In this document: positions 18,717 through 28,610 of the stretch, one piece after another
Layout: each line of letters opens with the position of its first letter
How positions within the stretch are numbered: the first letter of the stretch is position 1
From: an uncultured Acidobacteriota bacterium
GTDB taxonomy: Bacteria; Acidobacteriota; UBA6911; RPQK01; JAPXNP01
Direction: 5' to 3'
DNA length: 64,000 bases
NCBI GenBank assembly: GCA_963777605.1
Contig: CAVZRV010000029.1
Span: 192,001-256,000, forward strand
The notes under the pieces: model-generated
Seen by the model: only the letters and a program-made list of their open reading frames with translations
What the model was told of the DNA's origin: nothing
Databases searched by the model: none
Program-made: the position numbers and the translations under genes

Positions 18717-21498
18717 TCAGCATGACTGTGAGCAGGCCGATGGTCAGCGCGGTGAAGCCGAAGATTCGAGCGGCCCGCTGCAGCCACTTGGGAGGCGGCG
18801 CAACCATTCGGTCCTTGATCTCGCGACTCTGAATAACCTGGGCGTACTCCTTCGGGCGATCATACTTCAACTCCTCCAAAGGAACCGAACCGGTGAAGAT
18901 GACCGGATCCATCGGGAACTTGTCCGGACGGAAGTGAGTGTTAAAGAAATGGATCGTGAAGATGAACCCCGTGGCCAGCAGGGCCTCGTCCGAGTGAATG
19001 ATCGTGGACACATTGATCAGCCACCCGGGGACTCCGAGGTTCGTAAAGAACTCTGAGAACCAGAGCAGCAACCCGCTTGCGCCGATCACCGCAATGCCCC
19101 AGAAGACCGCGAAGTAGTCGAACTTTTCCCAGTAGGTCCAGCGTCCGTACTGTGGCCGCGGGCCGATGCCTACGAACCACTTGAGGGTGGCGATGAACTC
19201 CGTGAGGTCGTTGAGCCGGAACATCATCGTGTTCTCGCCGGACAACATTTTCAGGAGGGAGCGCTTTTCACGTCGTTTCTTCTTGATCAGGTGTCCGATG
19301 TGCAACCCGAAATAGAGGAACGTGATGATCGCTGCGACCCGGTGGGCGAAACCGCTGACGGCGGGTCCCCCGATCATGTGCGAGAGGAATTGAAAGACCG
19401 GAACATCGGCGAACTTGATCGTCATTCCGGTGACCGCAAGGGTCAGGAAGCTGATGATGACCAGGACGTGAAGGAATCGTGTGAAGGGATCAAACCGCTC
19501 GTAGAAGCGGTTTTTCAACGACGCCACGGCCACTTCAGCTGCTGCGGCGTGGTCTTTCTTGTCCCGCAGAGCCCGGGGAAGCCAGAGCAACGTGTGTACG
19601 CCCGAGAACGTGAAAACACCCACCAGAAGGATCGTCATGAACCAGAACGTGTAATACAGGTATGGGTACCGGTCCCGGTTGTGATGGGTCGCATGGGTCA
19701 GATACCCCACGAACTTGTGGTTTGAGTTGGGGTGGCACTGACGACAGGTCTCGACCACGTTGATCCTGCTCAATGTTGAGCGGGGATCCGACGGAGGCAG
19801 GATGTTGTGCGATCCGTGACAGTCGTAGCACTTGGCTGTGTTGGCAGCTCCCAGCTTCGAAACCTTGCCGTGGAAGGTGTTGAAGTAGGACTCTGTGACT
19901 TCTTCGTGACATCGCCCGCACTGGCTGATGATCTCCTGCCGGAAATCGCCCAGGTCAACTCGATCGATGGTGTGCGACTTGTGGCAGTTACTGCAGACGG
20001 GAAGTGGCTTGTCGGTGGAGTTGACCGTCTTGCTGTGGATGCTGTTCTTGAACTCTTCGTACACGCCGAGGTGGCAGTTGCTGCAGGTCTCGGCGATTCG
20101 ACTGGGGTTGACGGTCGATTCAGGGTCGGACGCAGGCAACTCGCCGTGAGTCGTGTGGCAGTCAATGCAGGTTGCGGTCACCAGCAACCCGCTCGCGAGC
20201 AACCCCTTGCCGTGGATGCTCATCCGGTAATTCTGGACGATGTGAGTCTGCGTCCCGGTGTATCGGACGGATGCCTTTCCGCCGTCGGCATGGCACTGGC
20301 CACAAAGCATCGGGATGTTCTTCGCAAAAGTCGGAGAGGCCGTGTTGTCGTGCTTCATCTCCTTGTGCGGCGTGTGGCAGTCAGCGCAGTAGGGGGCGTC
20401 CGTTTCACCCTCGTCGTGGAGCTTGCCGTGGATGCTCGACTGGTAGGCGACCACCTGACCCGCGTGGCAGATAGAGCAGTCAACTTTCCCGCTGTCCTTG
20501 CAGACCGGCTCGTTTCGCGGGCTGACGTTGGTGTGGCAGCGGATACAGGTATTTACCGCGTGAACCGAGTGCCGAATATCGTCCTCGTTGACATACAGCG
20601 ACTCGGTCTTTCCGTTGACCGTCCGGCTAAGGGTCGGATTCTCGTGGCACCCCATACACATGGAGTCAGGGTAGCTCTCGGCGTAGAAGACCCGTCGCAC
20701 CTTGTGGGGCTGATGGCACTCGACGCAGCTGGGAATTTCGTGGGGCCGTTTCTCCCAGAGTTCACCCTTGATCACCTTGAGATGGACATCCTCGATCTGG
20801 GCATGGCACTGCATGCAGGTGGATGCGATCTTGTTCCGGCTGATCGTGGATTCCGGGTTCTCATGGGGAAGAATCAGGTGTGAGCTGTGGCAACTGGTGC
20901 AGACGGCTGTGACGATCAGTCCCCGCTTGAAAAGGCCGTCTCCGTGAATGGATTGGGAATACTGTTCGAGCGCCTGTGGTTCGGCAACGCTCCGCAACTG
21001 GGAAACCGGGGTGCCTTCCTTGTGGCAATTCCCGCAAAGGTTGGGGATGTTGCGTACGTAGGTGCGGGAGGCCGGGTTGGCCGATCGCAGAATGTCGTGC
21101 TTTCCGTGACAGTTGATGCAGGTCGGAGCCAGGTAGCGACCTTCTGCATGAGCCTGTCCGTGAAGGCTCTGGTTGTACTGGTCAACGGTGTCCGTGTGAC
21201 ACATGGAGCAGTCGACTGGGGCGAGCGGTTCGTCACGTGAGGAGTGATCCGGGTCGGCATCCATGTGACAGGCGACGCAACCCAGGTCCCCGTGAACCGA
21301 CGTTGTGAAGGACTTCCCGTTCACGAACAGGGAGATTTCCTTGCCGTTGCGTTCCGCCACGAAGTCGCGTTCGCCGTGGCACATCAGGCATTCTTCGTCG
21401 TCTTGTGCCAGGCCAACGCCCGCGGTCAGGAGAAAGATAATCAGGAAAAGGAATTTGAGAAAGCGCATGGGGACACGTGGCGCGGCCGCACTACTCAT
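18685..21498 (-). CDS. 19-heme cytochrome c fused to a C-terminal FdnI/HydC-type cytochrome b (extended CbcL-like quinol oxidoreductase)
   Basis: 19 CXXCH motifs counted after a signal peptide; TM domain with FLH, AHR, IIHSDE, IHFFNTH and RWTYWEKFDYFAVFWG; start 21498 or 21468. Confidence 0.9.
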   Translation of the reverse strand: MSSAAAPRVPMRFLKFLFLIIFLLTAGVGLAQDDEECLMCHGERDFVAERNGKEISLFVNGKSFTTSVHGDLGCVACHMDADPDHSSRDEPLAPVDCSMCHTDTVDQYNQSLHGQAHAEGRYLAPTCINCHGKHDILRSANPASRTYVRNIPNLCGNCHKEGTPVSQLRSVAEPQALEQYSQSIHGDGLFKRGLIVTAVCTSCHSSHLILPHENPESTISRNKIASTCMQCHAQIEDVHLKVIKGELWEKRPHEIPSCVECHQPHKVRRVFYAESYPDSMCMGCHENPTLSRTVNGKTESLYVNEDDIRHSVHAVNTCIRCHTNVSPRNEPVCKDSGKVDCSICHAGQVVAYQSSIHGKLHDEGETDAPYCADCHTPHKEMKHDNTASPTFAKNIPMLCGQCHADGGKASVRYTGTQTHIVQNYRMSIHGKGLLASGLLVTATCIDCHTTHGELPASDPESTVNPSRIAETCSNCHLGVYEEFKNSIHSKTVNSTDKPLPVCSNCHKSHTIDRVDLGDFRQEIISQCGRCHEEVTESYFNTFHGKVSKLGAANTAKCYDCHGSHNILPPSDPRSTLSRINVVETCRQCHPNSNHKFVGYLTHATHHNRDRYPYLYYTFWFMTILLVGVFTFSGVHTLLWLPRALRDKKDHAAAAEVAVASLKNRFYERFDPFTRFLHVLVIISFLTLAVTGMTIKFADVPVFQFLSHMIGGPAVSGFAHRVAAIITFLYFGLHIGHLIKKKRREKRSLLKMLSGENTMMFRLNDLTEFIATLKWFVGIGPRPQYGRWTYWEKFDYFAVFWGIAVIGASGLLLWFSEFFTNLGVPGWLINVSTIIHSDEALLATGFIFTIHFFNTHFRPDKFPMDPVIFTGSVPLEELKYDRPKEYAQVIQSREIKDRMVAPPPKWLQRAARIFGFTALTIGLLTVMLIIYAMLFAYR

Positions 21499-22045
21499 CC
21501 GAAGGCTCCGTGGGGCTAACTTTTTTTGATGTATCTGTCCTAAGGCGGGCGACTGCTTCCGGGATCAGGCGGTCAGCGATCGGTAGAATCTTTTCATTCT
21601 CGGACCAGACGTGACGGCGGAAGTGCCAAACCAGTTCGTTCAGCTCCGACGAAAGCTTGTAGTATTCTGGCGCGTCGTCGCGGGGAGTTTCCATGAAATC
21701 TTTCAGCTTCCGGTGTAGGGACTTGACCAGGCTCTGACCCTGGGCATGCTCCCGGCTGATCTGCTCCAGAGAGTCGAGTGCAGCAGCGTCCAACTCGGGC
21801 TTCAGGTGTCGTTTCAGCATAGGGAGAAGTAACCGTTCCTCCTCTGTTTCATGCTGAACCTCCCACGAGTCCAGAAAGTCGAACAGCCGGTCGAGAACAG
21901 GCTGGTTCTGACTGAACGATTCGGCGGGATCCTTGGATTCCGACAATTCTCGGACCACCTCCTCGAGGGCGTCCATGTAAGCGAGGAGCTGATCGTGATG
22001 TCGAGAAAAACGCTCCTTGATTGCACCGGTCAACATCGGTCTCAT
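21491..22045 (-). CDS. Hemerythrin-like (HHE) domain protein
   Basis: H..., HETEE, EH, HVWSE pattern (H/HxxxE/H/HxxxE); overlaps the downstream cytochrome start. Confidence 0.75.
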   Translation of the reverse strand: MRPMLTGAIKERFSRHHDQLLAYMDALEEVVRELSESKDPAESFSQNQPVLDRLFDFLDSWEVQHETEEERLLLPMLKRHLKPELDAAALDSLEQISREHAQGQSLVKSLHRKLKDFMETPRDDAPEYYKLSSELNELVWHFRRHVWSENEKILPIADRLIPEAVARLRTDTSKKVSPTEPSDE

Positions 22046-22116
22046 TCCTTCTTCAAAAAGCTCACTGCGCAGAGTTCTGTTGCACTTTGCAGGGAATACC
22101 GTTGGAGAGCCTTATA

Positions 22117-22132
22117 AGCACGTTCCGTGCCG
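22117..22132 (-). promoter_or_regulatory. Putative sigma54 (-24/-12) promoter for the hemerythrin and 19-heme cytochrome genes
   Basis: Minus strand CGGCACGGAACGTGCT: GG-N10-GC with GGCACG. Confidence 0.65.
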
Positions 22133-22521
22133 GGATCAGGGCGGCTGGGACTACAGAGAGAGTGGATTTACCTCGAGGGGGAGGGGAATCCAACTGAGGT
22201 AAAGGCTGAGGAGTCGGGCTGGGCCGGACTTGGCAAGCAGGGATTTCAGGGACGTTCGGAGTCCAGATGCGGCCCGAACGCCGGAGGGCGGCCTTAATCT
22301 GGAGAAGTCGTGGGGCATACCACAACTCGTTGGGCTGAATGCCCCACTTTAGGGATGGAGCCGAGGCGTGACAGCTAGTCTTTCTTGCGGGATCCGACGT
22401 AGTAGCCTAGAACAAACAGCCCAAGGCAGCCAATCACGTGGATGTAGATCAAAGCGTCTGTAGAAATAGACATTTCCGCCGGATTCTCAATCGTTCAAAA
22501 TCGCACGAACCAGCCCGGCGC

Positions 22522-23031
22522 TTACACCACCTCGAGTTCGGGGCGTTTCCGGGGCCCCCTTCTGTTGCGGAGAGCCTCTTTCTTCTCCGCTCGCGCTTTG
22601 GAGCCGCTGTAGTTTAACAGAGCCTCAAGAACAGTGAAGAGGCTGTTCATGATCTCTTTGTCCCCGGTGTGAATCAGGTAATCGCACAGGCGCAGGAGTT
22701 CGAGTTGCTGGGGAGTGTAGCCCTCCCACTTGGTGTCCGGCTTCCGTCCCCGCCCAACCAGCAGTTGATCGAGCACGCATCGCCCCGACGTGCTTACCGG
22801 GCAGCGGTCGCCCGACTCGAGGGCGGGCTCCTGTCCAAAGAATGCAGTCACGTTAACTGCAAGAGCCTTGGCGATCTTCGTCAGGGTTGGGATGGTCGGA
22901 GTGATCCGTCCATTTTCCAGCCGCGAGAGGTATGAAACCGCCAGTCCGGTGTCCTCGGAGATTTCACGCTGCGTCTTATTCGCCTCGAGGCGAAGCCGTA
23001 GAATTCTTTTCCCAACGCTCATTTGGTGCAT
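22522..23031 (-). CDS. XRE-family HTH regulator with Cys-containing C-terminal domain
   Basis: KTQREISEDTGLAVSYLSRLENG HTH; CPVSTSGRC...LC. Confidence 0.88.
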   Translation of the reverse strand: MHQMSVGKRILRLRLEANKTQREISEDTGLAVSYLSRLENGRITPTIPTLTKIAKALAVNVTAFFGQEPALESGDRCPVSTSGRCVLDQLLVGRGRKPDTKWEGYTPQQLELLRLCDYLIHTGDKEIMNSLFTVLEALLNYSGSKARAEKKEALRNRRGPRKRPELEVV

Positions 23032-23061
23032 CCTTCAACCCATCTGTTTCTGTGAGTGCTC

Positions 23062-23090
23062 AGTGTACACAATGATTTTCTTATTTACAA
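23062..23090 (-). promoter_or_regulatory. Putative sigma70 promoter of the XRE regulator
   Basis: TTGTAA-N17-TACACT on the minus strand in an AT-rich divergent spacer. Confidence 0.5.
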
Positions 23091-23311
23091 GAAAAGAAAA
23101 ACGCTCTCATTTATCCGAACCGGGACCGCCGAAGAGACGTCGAAATGACGCCTTTTTCATAAATATACATCATAGGACTGATGAATTCACACAGGGAGTA
23201 AGTGGCTGAAGACCGGAGACGGAATTCAGGGGAGACAGAAGGCAATAGTCAGAAGCCTGCGCCCGGGGGTCCGGTCTCCTGTCTCCTGTCTCCAGTGCTA
23301 AAATCACTCCT

Positions 23312-24508
23312 GTGATGAAGCACGGCGCGATGAAGCATGGAAAAGGGATGCCCGGCGGAATGCCCTCCCTGTCTGCAGTTGATTTCCACAAGACTCCGTT
23401 TGTGGCGATTTGGGAGACCACCCGGTGTTGTGACTTGGCCTGCCGACACTGCCGGGCCGAGGCGATACCGGAGCCGTTGCCGGGAGAGCTGTCGACTGCC
23501 GAGGGCAAGCAGGTTCTCGACGACTTGGCGGAAATGGGCTCGCCGATCTGTGTGCTGTCCGGTGGCGATCCCGCCAAGCGGGCCGATCTTTGCGACCTGG
23601 TTCGGCACGGGACTTCACGGGGAATGCGCATGGCGACCATTCCGGCTGCGACGCCGCTTTTGACCCAGGAACTCGTCCATGGCCTCAAAGAAGCGGGCCT
23701 CGCCCAGATGGCACTGAGTCTTGATGGGCCATCCCCTGAAATTCACGATACCTTCCGTGGCATTCCGGGGGCCTTCGATCGCACGCTTCGGGGTGCGTCG
23801 TTTGCGCGCAAAGCCGACCTGCCGCTTCAGATCAACACCACCTTCAGCAGCTACAACATGGACCATTTTGAGAGGATGACGGAAGTCGTCGGCGAAATCG
23901 GAGCGGTCTTCTGGGAGGTGTTTTTCCTCGTTCCGATGGGGCGGGGAAGAGATCTGGGCCAGATGAACGGAGAAGAGTTCGAGCGGCTCTTTGAAAAGCT
24001 GGCTTCCTATTCACACAAGGTCGATTTCATCGTCAAGATCACCGAGGCACCCCACTACCGGCGTTACCTGGTGCAGGATCACCTCCGCCACGGCGATGGC
24101 CCGAAGCGACTCTTTGACGAAGGCGCTCCCTTGCCGACTGAGAAAAGTGCGCTGCCTTGGCACATGAGACGTGATTTCGGCCCCGGAGGCAGCATCGGGT
24201 TGGCTCCCAAGGGTGTCAATGCCGGGAACGGCCATCTGTTTGTCAGCTACTGTGGGGACATTTACCCCAGCGGTTTCCTGCCCTTGCGGTGCGGTAACAT
24301 CAGGGAAACTTCGCTGCGGGAAGTCTATCGAACCCATCCGGTTTTCCAGGAACTTCGCGATCAGGAAAAGCTCAAGGGGAAATGTCTCGTCTGCGGTTTC
24401 CGCCACCTGTGCGGAGGATCGCGTGCACGGGCATATGCGATGACGGGCGACTACCTCGCCGAGGAACCGTTCTGCGCCTACGAACCGCCGGTCGCTCCGG
24501 AGGCATAG
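23312..24508 (+). CDS. Radical SAM/SPASM protein, AhbD/NirJ-like (possible coproheme decarboxylase)
   Basis: WETTRCCDLACRHC (CxxxCxxC) and SPASM KGKCLVC.F..LCGGSRARAYA..GDYL.EEPFC; next to hemY. Confidence 0.8.
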   Translation: MMKHGAMKHGKGMPGGMPSLSAVDFHKTPFVAIWETTRCCDLACRHCRAEAIPEPLPGELSTAEGKQVLDDLAEMGSPICVLSGGDPAKRADLCDLVRHGTSRGMRMATIPAATPLLTQELVHGLKEAGLAQMALSLDGPSPEIHDTFRGIPGAFDRTLRGASFARKADLPLQINTTFSSYNMDHFERMTEVVGEIGAVFWEVFFLVPMGRGRDLGQMNGEEFERLFEKLASYSHKVDFIVKITEAPHYRRYLVQDHLRHGDGPKRLFDEGAPLPTEKSALPWHMRRDFGPGGSIGLAPKGVNAGNGHLFVSYCGDIYPSGFLPLRCGNIRETSLREVYRTHPVFQELRDQEKLKGKCLVCGFRHLCGGSRARAYAMTGDYLAEEPFCAYEPPVAPEA

Positions 24509-24766
24509 GTCGGATTCTGCAGCCGTATTCCGTTTTCCCATCATCTCGGCCATTTCTTCCCGCAAAGCGGGACCTGGCCGGATGTGGTGCCGGAAGGAAC
24601 CAGGATCACGCCTCCGGCTCCACCCTTTACTTCATTGCTCCCCTCGGAGGGCTGATAACACCGGATGTGGAGCGGTGCGCGGTAACCACTGACCCGTGAG
24701 ATTTGAACGGCAAGCCGTGAACTGTGAGCTCGGAACCATGCATGAGGAACCAGAAACCCACCAACT

Positions 24767-26167
24767 CTACCCCCGGCAATTTTCGGCACTGACTGCAGCA
24801 GCAATCGCAGTGGCCGTTTCGCGAGCAGTTTTGATGCAGTCTGGTATTCCAACTCCGCCGCTGAATGAACCCGCCAGAATCAGGCCGGGGTATTGACTCA
24901 GTTCCTCACGGATCTCCTTGAGCCGCTGCTGATGGCCAACCAGGAGCTGTGGAATTCCGCCCTCGACCCGGTAAATCTTCTGCCCGATCGGTCTGCTCTC
25001 AATCCCCATGATGGACCGGATTTCCTCGGCAACGAGCTCTCCGAGTTGATCGTTCGATGGAATGATCCGCCCGTTTCGCGAGTGGATTGCACAGCGCAGA
25101 AGCACCTTGTCGTCGGGTGCTCGATAGCCAAACTTGGTGTTTACCCACGTGCAGGCGTCGAGCATTATCGACTCTTTCCTCGGGACAATGAAGCCAAAAC
25201 CGTCCAGCGGGTGGTCGAACTTCTTCCGATCGTAGACCAGGTAGACGATCGTACTTGAGCCATAGGGGATTCTTCCGAGCAATTCGGCGGCCCGTGGACC
25301 AATCTCCGAGACAATCTGACCGGCAGCCGGAGCAGGGGTACAAAGGACGACAAAGTCGGAGCATTCCTCGCCCTTACTGCTTCGGACGACGAATTCATTC
25401 CCAGTCCGGTTGATTCGGATCTGGTTGACCTCGCGCACAACCTGGGTTGAAGATAGCTGATCTTCCAGTCGGTCGGTGAGTTGCTGCATGCCCTCTTTCA
25501 TGGTGACCAGGACCGAGACTTTCGTGGTCATTTTGGCGAAGCGCCGGAGGCCCCACCATAGACTCCCGGCGCGCTGCTCGGCCCGGTAAAGTTCAGGCAG
25601 AGAACTCGGGGCGCTGAGTTCCTCGAAATCGGACCCGTAGACGGCTGAGATCAGTGGTTCGACCAGCCTCTCGGTGAATTCTCGACCCAGCCTCCGCTCA
25701 AAGAACCGCCGGATGCTCAGGTCTCCGGAACTTCTGGTTACCAGCGGCTCAAGCGAGGCTCTCAGCATTCCGAAAAGGCTCATCGGAGCCGATTTCCAAA
25801 AGGCCCATGGATCGACGGGTGCGAGGAACATCATCCCGTCCGGCAGGGACGTCAATTGCCCATCCCGAACAATCAAGGTCCTCCTGAACTCGTCCCTGGA
25901 ACCGATCAGTTCGTCCTTCAGCCCCAGTTCGTGAACCAGTTTCTTGCCGGCCGGCTTGTAGGACGCCCAACCTTCCGGCCCCCCTTCGAAAAGGAGTCCG
26001 TCGCTGGTCGTGGTTTGGACGACGCCTCCCAGCCTCCGGCCCTTCTCCAGCAGGGTCACCTGCAGATCCAACGAAAGGTCGCGGCTGGCCTGTTCAAGAT
26101 AGAACGCCGTACTCAGGCCGCTCACGCCTCCCCCAATAATCGTCACGCGGACTGGAATACTCATCAA
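24767..26167 (-). CDS. hemY: HemY-type copro/protoporphyrinogen oxidase
   Basis: GGGVSGL FAD motif, FEGGP, EPLISAVY, GFGFIVP, GVGIPDCI. Confidence 0.9.
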   Translation of the reverse strand: MMSIPVRVTIIGGGVSGLSTAFYLEQASRDLSLDLQVTLLEKGRRLGGVVQTTTSDGLLFEGGPEGWASYKPAGKKLVHELGLKDELIGSRDEFRRTLIVRDGQLTSLPDGMMFLAPVDPWAFWKSAPMSLFGMLRASLEPLVTRSSGDLSIRRFFERRLGREFTERLVEPLISAVYGSDFEELSAPSSLPELYRAEQRAGSLWWGLRRFAKMTTKVSVLVTMKEGMQQLTDRLEDQLSSTQVVREVNQIRINRTGNEFVVRSSKGEECSDFVVLCTPAPAAGQIVSEIGPRAAELLGRIPYGSSTIVYLVYDRKKFDHPLDGFGFIVPRKESIMLDACTWVNTKFGYRAPDDKVLLRCAIHSRNGRIIPSNDQLGELVAEEIRSIMGIESRPIGQKIYRVEGGIPQLLVGHQQRLKEIREELSQYPGLILAGSFSGGVGIPDCIKTARETATAIAAAVSAENCRG

Positions 26168-26386
26168 GGCGCATTCTATCGAATCAGTTGAGGGCGAAAG
26201 AAATGCCTTGCGGTTTTGGCTGAAACCAGATTACTCTGACGGCAGTTTTCCAGTCGGTCGAAATTTGGATTTGTTCCGGGGCGACTGTTCTGGAAGGTCG
26301 GTTCTTGATTTGAGTTCGTGGTTTCAACGTTGGTTTTCCCCTGGGGAGGGGAGTACGGTGCTGTGTCTCTAAGGAGGGGTGTGTTA

Positions 26387-28420
26387 ATGAGCCATTCCAT
26401 GCGAGCGTTCAGACGAATGGGTCTGGTCGTCCTCCTGTTGGCCGCTGCCATAGGACTGACTGCGGCCGTAGTCAAGGACGGCGGATATACGCCGTTCGAC
26501 AAGGAGTACTACCTGACCGATGAACAGGTGGCGTTCATACGTCCCGGTTTCACTGCTGAGATCGTGGACTATGCCATCGCCGCCGACGGCACCGTCTCGG
26601 TGGTCTACACCCTGAAGGATTCCGGCGGACTGCCGCTGGATCAGGACGGTGTAGACACCCCGGGGTCGATTCGCATCAGTTTCATCATCGCGTCCATTCC
26701 GGCGGACAAGGATCACTATGTCGCGTATACGACCCGTTCGGTGACCAGCCCCATCACGGGTGTAACGGCCATTCAGCCGACCTCGGATTCCGGCGGGGCC
26801 ACCGAGGAAATCGAGGGCGGGACATATCGGTATACCTTTGGTGACAAGTTGCCTCAGGGCTACGACCGGGATGCCACGCATTCGATCGGTTTCTATTCCC
26901 AGCGTGACCTCTCCGAGTTCAACCTGGGTTCCCCGGTGTCGGACGGCGTGGTCACGTTCGTTCCGAGTGGCGCCGATGTGACCAAGATCCGCCAGTTGTC
27001 GACCGACGCGGCCTGTGCCCAGTGTCATGACAACCTGATCGCCCACGGGCGGCGGCACAGTCTTGACCTGTGCATCATGTGCCACTACGACGGTGTGATC
27101 GATCCGGATTCGGAGAACTCGGTTGACATGCGGATCATGGTTCACAAGATCCACATGGGCGAGAACCTGCCCAGCGTTCAGGCCGGCACCCCGTACCAGA
27201 TCATCGGCCACAACCAGTCGGTGGCCGATTTCTCCACCGTTGTGTTTCCGCAGGATATTCGTCACTGCGACACCTGCCACGTCGCCGACGCGGCCCAGAG
27301 TGAGGACTGGTATACGGAGCCCACCCGGGCGGCCTGCGGTTCCTGCCACGACAACGTGGATTTCGCTTCGGGCGAGAACCATCTTGGTGGACCGACGATT
27401 TCGGACACCTACTGCGCGAACTGCCACTTCCCGGAAGGGGAATTGGAGTTTGACGCCTCAATCAAGGGTGGGCACACGATACCGACAGAGTCCAAGCTCT
27501 TGACCGGTGTGGTTGTCGATATCCTTGATGTCTCCAGCGGTGGACCCGGCACTTCTCCCACGATCCTGTTCACAGTTACCGACAAGGCCGGCCAGGATTT
27601 GCCGCTATCCGAACTGGATCGACTTCGCTTCCAGATTGCGGGACCAACGACCGATTACGCCTCGGTTGTCAGGGAGGATGCACTTGGCTTGGTAGCTCCT
27701 GCCGGCCAGATCCGGACGGCAGCGGAAATGATGGCGACTGAGTATGTGTACACTACCGAATGGGTCATACCTGCTGATGCTGAGGGCACCTATGCGGTGG
27801 GCCCGGAAGTGCGAAAGACGGTTACGCTCTATCCGGGGACAACGATTGAGCAGGCGAATGTCAGAGACACGTCCGAAAATCCGGTTTTCTACTTTGCCGT
27901 AACCGACGCGGAGCCTGTACCCAGGCGGTTGATCGTGGACGACGCGAAGTGCGAAACCTGCCACCGCAACCTTGCGTTGCACGGTGGAGGGCGTCACAAT
28001 GCTTCAGAGTACTGCCAGTTCTGTCACAACCCGGTGGAAGATACCGGGGGAGACTCGCCGCGGTCGATATCCTTCCAGTTCATGGTTCATCGCATTCATA
28101 TGGGAGAGGAACTGACCCGAGACTTCACAATCGGACGCTCGAATTTCAATGAGGTTCGGTATCCGAGCAGTCGGGCCAACTGCGCGAAGTGTCATATCGA
28201 CGAAACCTACAGTGTTCCGGTTGCAGGAATCCTGCCGATCTCGGACGAGAACGAGTTCTTCAGCCCGATTCCGCCGAACTCGGCGGCCTGCCTCGGTTGC
28301 CACGACACGGTTGACGCTGCGTCGCATGCTTTCACGAACATCGCTCCTTTCGGAGAGGGTTGTGGGGCATGCCATGCTGCCGAGCGTGAATTTGCGGTAG
28401 CCAGGGTTCATGCAGAATAG
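26387..28420 (+). CDS. mtrC: OmcA/MtrC-family decaheme cytochrome c, copy 1
   Basis: 10 CXXCH in two pentaheme blocks separated by a beta domain; MVHKIHMG and FPQD motifs; upstream of mtrA-mtrB. Confidence 0.88.
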   Translation: MSHSMRAFRRMGLVVLLLAAAIGLTAAVVKDGGYTPFDKEYYLTDEQVAFIRPGFTAEIVDYAIAADGTVSVVYTLKDSGGLPLDQDGVDTPGSIRISFIIASIPADKDHYVAYTTRSVTSPITGVTAIQPTSDSGGATEEIEGGTYRYTFGDKLPQGYDRDATHSIGFYSQRDLSEFNLGSPVSDGVVTFVPSGADVTKIRQLSTDAACAQCHDNLIAHGRRHSLDLCIMCHYDGVIDPDSENSVDMRIMVHKIHMGENLPSVQAGTPYQIIGHNQSVADFSTVVFPQDIRHCDTCHVADAAQSEDWYTEPTRAACGSCHDNVDFASGENHLGGPTISDTYCANCHFPEGELEFDASIKGGHTIPTESKLLTGVVVDILDVSSGGPGTSPTILFTVTDKAGQDLPLSELDRLRFQIAGPTTDYASVVREDALGLVAPAGQIRTAAEMMATEYVYTTEWVIPADAEGTYAVGPEVRKTVTLYPGTTIEQANVRDTSENPVFYFAVTDAEPVPRRLIVDDAKCETCHRNLALHGGGRHNASEYCQFCHNPVEDTGGDSPRSISFQFMVHRIHMGEELTRDFTIGRSNFNEVRYPSSRANCAKCHIDETYSVPVAGILPISDENEFFSPIPPNSAACLGCHDTVDAASHAFTNIAPFGEGCGACHAAEREFAVARVHAE

Positions 28421-28610
28421 CCGCTGAAGCGCGGCGACTGGGGGCATCGTTTGGCTTTTTTCAGAAAGGAATCAGAATCGCATTTGTGTCTGCACATTCG
28501 AGGTTCCTGGCGGATGAATTCCTGGTCGCCCGATGCCGGCGACCGCGATGGCCAAATTGGCGAACGGGCGATTGCCCGCTCTGTCGCGAACCTCTTCAGG
28601 TCACGGAATG

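Noticed and set aside
26192-26207. Sigma54 promoter for mtrC1
   Set aside because: Only bare GG-N10-GC spacing with poor flanks, expected by chance in GC-rich DNA
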